Source: Lepidodermella squamata | Taxonomy: Eukaryota > Animalia > Gastrotricha | Length of the DNA stretch: 64,000 nt | Direction: 5' to 3' | NCBI GenBank assembly: GCA_047495785.1 | Contig: JBLDXI010000009.1 | Span: 2,294,001-2,358,000, forward strand | Shown: in pieces, positions 37,782 through 49,123 of the stretch | How positions within the stretch are numbered: the first letter of the stretch is position 1 | How the letters are laid out: the number at the start of each line of letters is the position of its first letter | Notes under the pieces: generated by a model | Told to the model about the DNA's origin: nothing | Database searches by the model: none | The model's input: only the letters and a program-made list of their open reading frames with translations | Translations under genes and position numbers: made by a program

Positions 37782-39283
37782 TTACGCGAGCGAGTTCCAC
37801 TCGGCGAAAATGTGGTTAACATTCGAAAGGATAGCCAGATGGCTAAGGACTGAATTAACGACCAGTTCCGTTAGTTTCAGCGACTCGAACGTGTACTTCC
37901 GATTATCGTCGACAAAGTAACTCGAGTATGACGGATCCATTGCGGAATTTAGACCCTGACCATGCAACATTGGCTGTTGCCGATGCGTCGCATGGGTGAC
38001 CAAATCCATTCCTAACAGCAGGTGATGTTTTATTTGCGCGAGCCGCGGTATCGCGTCTGCTTTTTCTAGAGAAAAAATTGGTGGAAACGATAAGACGAAT
38101 TATATTAAAATTTACCGTTGAAAAGAATTAAAGCTAAAAGGATAGCACTGTGGATGAAGTTAGGACTCCATTCTTCAATAGTTGCGTCCAGTTTCTCACA
38201 AAGTTCCCATGATTCCTATATTATGAAAAAAACCGCCTTAAATTTAATTCGAATCGAATTTTCTTTTTTTACCTGGAAGTGTGGGAAAACTTCTAGAAGT
38301 TTATTTTTAAAATGAGCGTGAACGCCGAAAAATGAGCCGTGGCTAGCACCTGCGACTTTATTTTGGAAAACGGCCCCAGATTTTGCTGCAAATCCACTCC
38401 TCAGGACATTCAGCTCATGTGGTGGAATGTTGAAGCGATCTATTCCCAAAATTAATCATTTTTTTCATAGCGGGGTGAAAAATCAACTTATACCTGCGAT
38501 AAAATTGCAATATTTCGAGGCAAACTGGACCCCTTCAGTTATATGAGCTGTGGTCTTAGTTATAATGTGCTTAAAAGACATCCAAGGTGGTATATCAGCA
38601 GCTCTTGAAAGTGGCAGCTGGAAAAAACGTTGAAAAATTGAATTTGATCAAAAATTGAACTTCAAATACTCACATGATGATATCCGTGTAGAAACGTGTA
38701 GGCTTGAACAACGGTTCGAAGGACATTTTCAACATCACTTCCTTCGAATAAAACAGGATCGCGAACCAATGTGAGGGCATTTGGTGATGGGAAGGGTAAG
38801 GACACTTCGGAGCTATTTGAGAAAGATTCGCTGGAATTAACATCCATAGCTGAGCTCGATTCGATATTCTGATTAGGCTTCGGCCATTTTCGCATCGCTA
38901 ATTGCCTGCCTATAAATCGAAAATTCGATGAAGTTGTTAAAAATTATTGATTTTCGCCAACTTGTCATGCCAGCTTCCAAACATTTGTGGAATCGGCACT
39001 TGGCGCAGTACCTCCGAGATGATTTATCGATGACGCATTGGTTGTCACCCTGGAGACATTTCAACGAGTCGCGTTGAGAGCAATAACGCCGAAAAAATTT
39101 CTATAAAAATCAGCTGTTTTCTTCCGATAATTTAAGGCTTAATCCTTACTTGACAGGCTTCGCAAACGTTTTGGTAGTACCCTCTCCTGGGTTTTACAGG
39201 AATTTCACAGACCTACAGGTAGCTTGATTATTAAGGTGGTGAATCAGCTAAAATTGATACGCACTTACCTTGCAAAGTTTCAT
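37782..39283 (-). CDS. Divergent nuclear hormone receptor NHR-A (CEACQ P-box) with degenerate LBD
   Basis: Spliced MKLCK|VCEIPVKPRRGYYQNVCEACQ|KFFRRYC..CLQGDNQCVIDKSSRRYCAKCRFHKCLEAGM (C4 zinc fingers); helical C-terminal exons ending HIFAEWNSLA. Confidence 0.85.
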
Positions 39284-39574
39284 GACGCTGCGTTATAACG
39301 AAAAATGACGGTTTCGTGCTCTGCTAATCGTCAAGAATACAAAAGCAACCCCGAGATAAGATATATTATCAAAGCTTAGGGGCGCAACGTCCGCGCTAAA
39401 GGTGCAAGATAACCTGCGCCAATTACCGCCCCTTTTATAGCAATACGCGTGACTTAAGCCTTAGGACATGGGATCAAAACACGGAAGGATTGTCTATTTG
39501 ACCCAATAAAATTGCCATTTATTTCAGCTCTTACGACATGCTATTCGCAAATAGAAAAAAAATAGTTTATTAAA

Positions 39575-40508
39575 TCACAAATTTCCAAATGTATTGAATG
39601 GAGTTGGAAGCGTCGATGATGAGCGTGAGTAATTCAGCGGCTGATTATTTTCTGAATTCGAGCAATATTGAGAAAACACAGCAGTGGGAATTTGAAATGT
39701 CTGAAACTGGTTCATCATCATTTGACTCATTGAGCCAGCCGTATTAGCTTCAAATTCGCGTTCATTTCGAACAGCAGCAGCAGCCGAGTTTGACGTTAAT
39801 AGTAACCTTGCTGCTTCCTCGGCTGTTAACATGAAGAGCCTAGCTATGTCGTAGGCGAGACGTGTTCGTAGAATCTCTATGTAAGTCTCGATTGGAGGAT
39901 CGCTGAGCAAATAACTTAAATCCATTCGAGGCATCGGCGGTCTCACAGGCGTTGGTTGAATGATTGAGCCATTGTTAACGCTCGACGGACTCGCACTGTC
40001 ATTAGTTGGGACATGGCAATTCTGAGAAGATGGCGTCGAGTTGGTCGATATTATTTCACTGCTGGTTCCTCGCCGAAGTACCGCCCGCCTGGCACTTAAA
40101 CTCAGATATTTACCTGGTAAATAAATTGAGAAAAATAACGAAAAATAAATTAAATAAAATGCGAACTTGTCATTCCGGCAGCAATGCATTTTGTAAAACG
40201 GCATTTAACGCAGTATCGACGCCGATTCGAGTTGTGAATAAGGCAAGAATCATCTCCAGCTAGGCATAGGAGTTCCGAATCTTTTTGGCGACAATACCGT
40301 CGGAAAAATTTCTTAAAAAATAATTATCACGTTAATATAGGATTTATCCCGGTCAAATTTTCTTACCTGACAAGCTTCACAAATACTTTGATAATATCCT
40401 CGTCGCGGTACAATAGCCGCGTCGCAAACCTGAAATTCAATATTTTATATCAAGATAAAAGCTTAATTTATTCTCAGGCACTTGTCATACCTTGCAAATT
40501 TTTTCCAT
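39575..40508 (-). CDS. Nuclear-receptor DBD-only protein NHR-B (CEACQ P-box, no LBD)
   Basis: MEKICK|VCDAAIVPRRGYYQSICEACQ|KFFRRYC..CLAGDDSCLIHNSNRRRYCVKCRFTKCIAAGM, then a single S/P/Q/M-rich exon to the stop at 39575 that lacks the LBD-like motifs of NHR-A/C/D. Confidence 0.8.
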
Positions 40509-41414
40509 GATCCAATTTAATGAAGCAGTTTTATTGCACGAAAAACCAACCCGGACCGTCCCGTTATTACTATTTTGTTATTTGAACGGACAAAAGAAAG
40601 CGTAGATAGCACAACAGACATTCGTATCAGTGGCCGAAAGCACTCTACATCGCGAATCGACAGCCCGGCGTCAACAGCTGCGTAGTGATAATTTTTTGCA
40701 TGATGGATACTAATGGGCCAGCTCTCGCGTCATGATAAAACGGCGAGCGAGAAACTAGGTTAAGTCCTGAAACAATGTTATACGTTCATTAGAGGCTGAA
40801 ATTATCGGACTTCTATTTTTAGAAACTAGGCTTTCCTTATCTCGCAGCTAAACACTGAAAAACATAGGTGCAAAGGGCAAAACTCGCGTGCCGATAAATC
40901 GATGGGCCAAACTAATATATATTCGCACCTATTTTTAGAATTTTACGGCCAATCGCAGATGTTCTGATCATGGCGTGTGGCTTATTTCAGTTATTTTTAA
41001 TATCACTTGTTCTATCTAGCACGCGCTTCTTTTTTTTTAAGCTTAAATAGGAATGTGACCTATATTTTAATGGACACTCTGGACAATAACCCCAATTTTT
41101 TGCCTGAAAACATTGAGATAGCGAGCCAAAGTCATTATCGCGTTCAATTAATCATTGTTTTGATGCATAGATCTCGGGCTTGAATAATATTTGGATTAGA
41201 GGATCAGGGAAACCATCGGCCAGCGAGAATCGAAAAACCTACGGCTTCAAGAGATCGAGAAAATCTCGTTGGACTTCATTTAAACTGCTAACCCGGGCTA
41301 ACCTTGGGCTAGAGGAGGAACCCCAAAAATTCACATTTTAATTAAAATAAATAAACTACTAAAACTATCCATAATCCATAATTGTGTTACTGCCATTTAG
41401 AGGTAAAGCAAATA

Positions 41415-41805
41415 CCGTATTTATTTTTTTCCGAACTCGAAAAATAGTGAAACAAATCGGGCAATTATTCGAGGGGGCTTTTATTCGAGGGAGGCAATTA
41501 TTAACCTGGAACGTCACATCGACACATTAATCAACCCCATAAGTTGATATAATCAGCCTCCAAAGGCTTTCCATAGGTTGGACTACCTCCCAAAGCTTTC
41601 AAGCAGTGATTTAGTGATTCCGCAAAGCTATCCCTAGTCATTTCAGGGCACATTATTTTCCAGGCTTCAACCTGTTTTTCCGCCGTATGGCTATTATTCG
41701 AGGCGGGCTATTATTAACCTTTGGACCCAATATTTTAGTGCATTTTTTGGGCTATTATTCGAGGGGGTTATTGTTAGAGGTAGGATACTATTCGAAGAAA
41801 TACGG
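41415..41805. mobile_element. Non-autonomous Tc1/mariner-superfamily (Tc2/pogo-like) element
   Basis: TA-CCGTATTT...AAATACGG-TA termini with TA target-site duplication; subterminal direct repeats ttattcgaggg at ~41466, 41481, 41695, 41755, 41789. Confidence 0.75.
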
Positions 41806-43308
41806 TAAGTAAAATTCGATAATATTTAGATTTTATACCAATTTGTAACTCGTGACCTCGATAGATAACGTTGATGTCTACTATATCTCCTAAAAAGTCA
41901 GGTTTTTTCAGGTGAGAACAGCCTTGGATCGGATTTGCATATGGTGCCATATCCGGGGTGGGCGACAGAACGACTCGCCTAGAATAGAAACAGATGGCTT
42001 AATGACGCACAGAAAATTCTGGCGATCTAGCGATCAGGCGACTGACTTGGCCGAGATGCAAAAAGTTAGTTATACGCCATTTACTTCTATTCTAGGCAAG
42101 TCGTTCTGTCGCCCACCCCGCGATATGACGCAGTCGTGTGACATCATGTGATTTTCTTCAAATCGCCTTTTACGCTGTTTTTTATTCAAAAAAATTTGTT
42201 TGTTTTATCTCAAGAGCAGCCCGCCCCAATTTCGGCCGCTTCCTAAACGTCCGCTGCGGCCTTATTTCGGCCGAAATTTGGACCACAAGTGCTCTGCAAC
42301 AGTTTTTTGGCACACAAAATAACTCAAGAAATTTGCATTGTTTCGCTAATCTGGTGATGATTTCTCAAGCACGTGATCGCAGCGAAATAATTTTTAATGG
42401 GCGAGGGCGCTAAGGTCGTTTCTGCAAGAGCTTTGCTACCGTAAACACCAAAGGTCCAGGGTAAAGCAACAAGACGGATTCTAAATTCAGCTTTTGGAGA
42501 CGAATCTGAAGATATCACACTCATGGTTCTCTTTTACCAGGCTGAGGCATGAGGCTGAGGTGGCCGAAAGTAGGACATCCGATTTCTTAGTATTGGCCAG
42601 AAGCCTAGGTGCTTCAAAATTAGCCATGAATCAAGGTTAAATCTTCTGGAATTGCGGTAACCAGGATTCGATAGCTCAATAACTCATCTATAATTCTGTT
42701 TTTGCCGATTTACTTCTAAAAATTCATCTCGCTGGCGAAGTAGGAAATACCTAAAAACTGGCCGAAATTAGGCCGGGGTGCTGCATTCCCTTAGCAAAAG
42801 ATACCTACACCAAATTGTGCACAGTGAATTAGGATTATTTTTGTTGTATATTGTTGTAACTTTTTTACTTATAGGCTGAAGATGATAGACATCGATTGGG
42901 TGCATCTGCATCAGGGAACGTGTGCAAAATAAGGTTTTTCGGGAGATCGCCAGTGAAAATGGCGGAGTAAAAATTGCCTTTTGCACCATTTGTCCTATTG
43001 AATTCACAAATTCTGCTTCAGGTCTGCTTATTGAGGAATATGTAATATTGTTATTTTCGAAAACAAAGTCGGTGCTGGTTCGGAGCTACAAATCAATTTT
43101 GGTGCTATTCATGAGATCAGAAAAAGGTTCATACTCAGAAAGTTTCAGAAAGGACTCTCCACTTCATCAGTCTGTGACAATTTCAAACAATTTTCCCGAT
43201 CCCTTGTTGCCCCCACCGCGTGCTTTTTCACGCGTTCATTGCTATACAGATAGGGTTTTTATTTACAATTTACAACTTTTTCGAGGCAAATATATATGTA
43301 GGAACAAT

Positions 43309-44904
43309 TCAGACTATGGCATTCCATTCCATGAAGGCTGGCTCGCGATTAGCTTCCATGGCCATAATGTTTCGAGCCATTTGTACGAGTCTCTCCGTAA
43401 AGTTGACGGTCTCCACCATTTTTCGCCGATTTTGCTCAACATCTAGGCTGTTCGATCTCGGATAATCCTGCCTATTTAGATTCTGCTGAGTTGCTAGGTT
43501 GAGTGCTGTCAATAAGCAGTTTCTAATCCCCCTCAATTTTGCGGAACCATTGCAGAAATTTTCTAAAAAAATACCAGAATTAATTTTGAGATAAGTTACC
43601 CGCAAAACTTGACTAACCCTCGAAATAAAGAAGAGCGACAAGTAAAGCGCTGGTCGTGAATGAAGGGTTCCATTGCGATAAGTTCGACCCAAGCTGTTCG
43701 CTGAGTTTCCACGGCGTCTAAAACAACTTTAAAAAATCAGCGAATGAAAGAAAAAATCGGCGGCCTCACCTCGAAATCAGGGAATAAAGCCAAAATGACC
43801 CCCTTGAAAGCAGGATTAATGCAGAAGAAGCATGAGCTATCAGCTGTTCCGGAGACTTTTTGAAAAACTGCGCCTGATTTGGCGGTAAATCCTCGCGATA
43901 AAACTTCCCTTTCGCCTTCGCTTATTGAGAACTGCTCTGAAATGAAATTTTATTCGAGATTAAATTCCGATTGCGATGAAAATTTTACCAGCTAAATAAT
44001 TGCCGTACATCGCTGCCACTTCAACCCCTTTGCAGATGTGAAGAGAGGCTAGCTGAACTAGAAACTTTTCATCAATATTCGCGGGAATTTCGAAGGGTTG
44101 GGATAGCGGCAACTGGAAAATAAATTATTTTTAAATGATCAAAATTTTGCTTTTTTGAAAATGTACGAACTCTATGATAGTCATGAAGGTGAGTAAAACC
44201 AGTGGCGGCGATTCTCATGACTTGCTCTGAGCCCGACAATGCGGGTAGCATAGGTTCTGAGGGGATTGAAATATGAGTAACACGGGGCCTATAGCGATCT
44301 GCAGTAATGTCTACGAATTGAGTTTCGCCATCGCTAAGCAGCGGGCAGAAATCGCCACAATCGCCTTCTTCAACTGAGATCGGAAAGTCGCTCCGACGCT
44401 TCACTTCCCCGGTAGACGATGATGGCATCGTCAAACTAGGATCCCATTCGGTTCGTTGCGAGTCTCCCAAGGTTATTACGATTGGCCCCTGATGTTTTCG
44501 CCTTTGAGTTACCAAGGAGCGACCTAAAATCGAAAGCGGAAATGCTAACTGTTGCCTTCCATGTCGAAGATTTTACTCTTCATCCCGGCCGAGATGCATT
44601 TCTCTAAGCGACATTTTTGGCAATATCTCCGGTTTGAAATGTCGATTACACATGCATTGTCCCCGACGAGACATTGCAGCTGATCGCGTTTACTACAGTA
44701 CCTCTGGAAGAATTTCTATGAAAAACAAAAATTAGTGAAAATAATTTAGCAATTTAAATGTTATATTACCTGACAAGCCTCGCAGGTATTCTGAAAATAT
44801 CCCCGCCGAATAGGGACACTGCATTCACAAACCTGTAAAATTATAATTTCTCAGTTACTCAGATGCATAAAGGAAGAGTCTGACGTTACCTTGCATAGTT
44901 TCAT
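43309..44904 (-). CDS. Divergent nuclear hormone receptor NHR-C (CEACQ P-box)
   Basis: MKLCK|VCECSVPIRRGYFQNTCEACQ|KFFQRYC..CLVGDNACVIDISNRRYCQKCRLEKCISAGM; hinge ORF 44072-44515; LBD-like exons ending PAFMEWNAIV (compare NHR-A IFAEWNSLA). Confidence 0.85.
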
Positions 44905-45478
44905 TATTGCAACACTATTTTCTGGACAATGCTTGCCATTGAGAATTGGCTAGAACTAGGCTAGTTGTTATTAGTATAGTGCTTCATGGAAATAATACGC
45001 TATTCTAGAGCATGTAAGCATAAATTGTTATCAGTGTTTTCAGTTCCTAATGCACGCCAGATGAAAATAGGTTAAAAATGCGATAACGTTAAGAGTTGTT
45101 TATAAAATTCATGCTTTAGCCATCTGTCAGTACCCATGATCGGCTTTTAGCTATCTCCGCCTTATTTGCTTGTAAACTTTTAATCGAATATTTTTGTTTG
45201 ATTTTAATATCAAGTTGCAGTGAAATAATAAAATTCAAAAGCGAGCTTGCGATGAGGTCACAGGTGAGAGCAAATATCCCGAGTTACTTGACAGAGAGTT
45301 ACGAATAAAAAAGCACGTCAAAGGGTACTTTTGCATTGTGTCGCTCATTATCATGTGAAAGGAATAGGAAAAAAACCTGTATGAAAAACAACTATAGCAA
45401 TTCATTATAATAGTAGATAACAAGAAAAGCACTGCAGCATACCTTGGCTTCAGAATTCATGTCTCCTGGTTTTATTCA

Positions 45479-47349
45479 ATGAGCTCGAAGCCAAAGAAGC
45501 TCGTGGGTCATTGCAAGGTTTATTTTTACTGATAAATTCGTCGTTGAAAATCGATTTTTTGCTTTACATTAGGTTTGCTCCGTCGAAGTTCACAGGCGCA
45601 AAGATTACCTTCCAAGCACTTGCGAAGCTTGCCAGGTAAATAACATAAAACATTGGCTTACATTAAAATTATTGAATTTTTAGAGATTTTTTCGCCGAAC
45701 ATGCTTGACTAGTCACGACAGGCTGAAATGCATCAGTGGCACCGGAAAGTGCGCTATTGATACCAAAAATCGCCGATTCGGCTGCACGAAATGCCGCTTT
45801 ATTAAATGTCTTTCTGTCGGAATGCAAAGTTCGCTTTCCTTAACATGAATTTTAAAATGAATTCACAATTTTTCGAATTTTCCAGGTAAACACTATAAGG
45901 AGAACCCATCGGATTCGAAGCCGCAATCTGAAGATATTCCCGACAGGGCGGCGGTCGAAAAATGCTTGCAATCAGTTGTTCAAGCTTATACTATGCTGCA
46001 CAGCTACCACTTTATGTCAGTTAAAAATCTCCAGGAAACAGCGTTAACAACTCCGGAGAGTATCATCCAAATCGGAAATCACGATATGGCAATGACAATT
46101 AATGCATCGATTAGTTATTGTAAATTTTTATCAGGTAGTTTCTTTCGATTTAAAACAGCTGTTTAGATTATTTATGAATTACAACATTATATTTAGAAGC
46201 GGAAGGGTTGTCTGAGGACGAAAGGAATCTGCTGCAAAAGCAATTTCAATTGAAATCTTTGAGCATATTCCAAATAATGCCTCAAAATGGCGATGAGCAG
46301 TTTTTTGGAATTCCTAAAGAACTCAAGCAGGCCATACTCCAATGCTACCCGGAAATGATTGTAATTAATCAGCATTTTGCTCAAATTGTATCACTATCAT
46401 ATATTATTGCAATAGGAACCCTATTCAGTTAGCGAGCAGCTTCGAGAAATTTTGATCGAATGGTCGCCATCCTTCATCGAATCCGCTATCCTAATCGGCC
46501 TGCTGTTTTTCAACGGTGAGTGGCTTCATAGCATATTAATAATAATTAGTAACCATAATTAATAATGCCAGAAAATAATATTAGGGTAGTTGAATTTACT
46601 GAATTTGCTTCTGGAAATTTCCTTGTGAACTCGTCAATTTTCGGAAAAGATAACGGTAAATCTTCGCCCACCGACAACCGACTAAATTCCTAAGCTCAAA
46701 TGAAGTTCATTTCGCCTCAAGCTTAAGTTAAAGCTTAAGTTTAATCCTCTGAAACACATAACACTCCCAGAAATCAATAGGGCCAGCTGATAAGGATCCC
46801 TCGAAGAGTCCTCCAGGGAATCTAATCATCGATTGAACGATACTCCACTTTTAAAACTGGATCCCAAGAAGGTTCCAAGACTCTTGGAATCTCAATCGAT
46901 TCATTGTATTGGTTTTTATAAAATCCAAGCCACTTTCCCATTTCCTAACCTTGAAGTAAACTCGGCTCATTCAATTCATTTTGGTCGAATTTTCGGTCAT
47001 TTTGTCGGTCAAAAAGGTGTAAAAGTTGCATCCAATGGAAAATGCCTTTCAATTTGGCCACATACTAATGATTCTGTTCATCATTTTTACAGAAAAGGCC
47101 CTGATTTCTGCGAAACTTGCCCGATCGAGACGAAGACTATGGCAGGCATTCAATCACTCTCTGTCGAAAGACTTCTCGTCTGGAAACGAAGAAAATGATA
47201 TCAAAGCTCGCGTTGAGTCAAGGCGGCGGTACCTCGAGACAAGCCTGGCTCTCACTGAAAAACTTTGTCCTCTCTTCCTGGAGAGCATAAAGAAAATGGC
47301 CGAGAAAATACCTGGTTTCTCGAGATTTTATGAAATTTTGTCAGAATAA
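45479..47349 (+). CDS. Divergent nuclear hormone receptor NHR-D (CEACQ P-box), head-to-head with NHR-C
   Basis: MSSKPKKLVGHCK|VCSVEVHRRKDYLPSTCEACQ|RFFRRTC..CISGTGKCAIDTKNRRFGCTKCRFIKCLSVGM; LBD-like VVQAYTMLHSYH (NHR-A VVQAYTFLHGYH), YCKFLS..LSEDERNLL; stop at 47349. Confidence 0.82.
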
Positions 47350-49123
47350 CATATACGTGCTTTCGTAATCCGGTGACAATTTCTTCAAAATAAAAACAAC
47401 AATTCGACTGCGAATGCGTTACATTTTTTATTATCCATAAATTCTGTTAATAATACATCAAAAAACGATGACAAAAACGCGCTCCTCCGAATGACAGAAG
47501 ACATGAAGATGATATATAGATGCTAGATTATAATATAGCGATCGCAATTACATATACAAGAACTATAATAAGCATGGGCAAATATGCAATTGGTAACTGG
47601 TTCTATCCTAATCAAAACTGAGAAGAAGTCTGTAAAATAGAGTAATATCATTTTTCAACATTATTATTTTTTACAAGAAGGTCAGGAGCAATTTCCTCAC
47701 TAAAGGACAATTGTTATTTTCCTTAGCTATTAAATCGACCGATAAACAAATATTATTTGAGACATCATCATAACAGAAGTATCAACAACGACCGAGAAAA
47801 AAAACGCCCGAAAATTAAACAAAATGGGAAGCCGAATTTTGTGTGTGCTTTGTTTTCATTAGCAAAAATAGTATCTAACTACCGTCGCGAAAAAATATTC
47901 TCGATATTTTTTGAGGCAGGCGTTTTCACTAAAATTAAGCGGTTCGAATATTTTGAATATTAGTAGCGGTAAAGGTAGGAGTTTAAAGGTAGTCTTAACA
48001 ACTTCTTTTCATACAGCGTCAAAGATTAAATGTTTCGATTACAAAAAAAATAAATGAACAACAAGGAAAAAAATCGATAACAAATATAAGAGAAAAAATA
48101 TATAGGTTAAATATTATATAAGCGTAATAATATTGTTGATACAAAAATTTCTATTTACAAAATAACCGGGTATGTCGCTCTTTCATCCTTATTTCCGAAG
48201 GCTGAACTTGAAGTTCGCAAAATTTCATCACATTTTGTACTATATCCCATTTTCTCATAGAAAAAATATCGCCTATTTACAAGAATAACCGTGTTTAAGG
48301 TGCTTCGACACCGATATAGATATGTGTTCTACTTTTCAATCACCGAGCCTTATTATAATCATCAAATTGCAACTTTTGTCATGTCAGATAAATCCTATAG
48401 TACGTATAAACCGGTTTATATAGCTCATTCTGATTTAACACAGACGAAGAAAACCTGAACCAAAAATTTAATTTTCAAGCTCAGATTTTTTGTTTCACTG
48501 CTAATAAACTACCCTGATGCACACGTAGAAAATATACAAATTTTTTGCATATTGTAATGATGGATGGGTTGTTTTTTTTCTATTACTCGAAGTAATATTA
48601 TTATATTGGCAATGATGTTCTGGTATAAATTGTCTATTATAAAAGCCGAAATAGTTCATATGATTGGCGGTCGATTCAGAACGGGCTATACAAGAACAAC
48701 AACAACAGCGTACGATGCAAACATATCAGCACAGAGAAAAAACCACGAGAAAATTTCCGAGCCAAGGTGAAAATTTTCATATCTTCCCATCGTCATCATC
48801 ATATCTTCTTCTTTCTCTCATCAATTCACCTCGACTAGTCTTTTCATTTCATTTCGAAAAGAGAAATTAAGAAAGACGTTTTCGCAGAAAATAACAAGCT
48901 CTAAATATTTAAAGGCGATATGTTATTATAAATTCGCCGTCTCAAGAAAAAATAACCGGTATTTTAGAACAATAATAGCGGGGAGGAAAAAATTATAGAT
49001 ATATGTTTTTGTTGTCTGACAAGAATAATTAAGGTCGTTTTAATATATAGGATGGTTAATACAATTTTGTAACCTCAATAGGTTCGCGCTGTCTTTGGTT
49101 TATTCTCTTGTGTTTTTTTCCTG

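Noticed and set aside
41900-43300. Several 60-170 aa ORFs between NHR-B and NHR-C
   Set aside because: No recognisable domains, no consistent splice chain and no transposase motifs; treated as intergenic.
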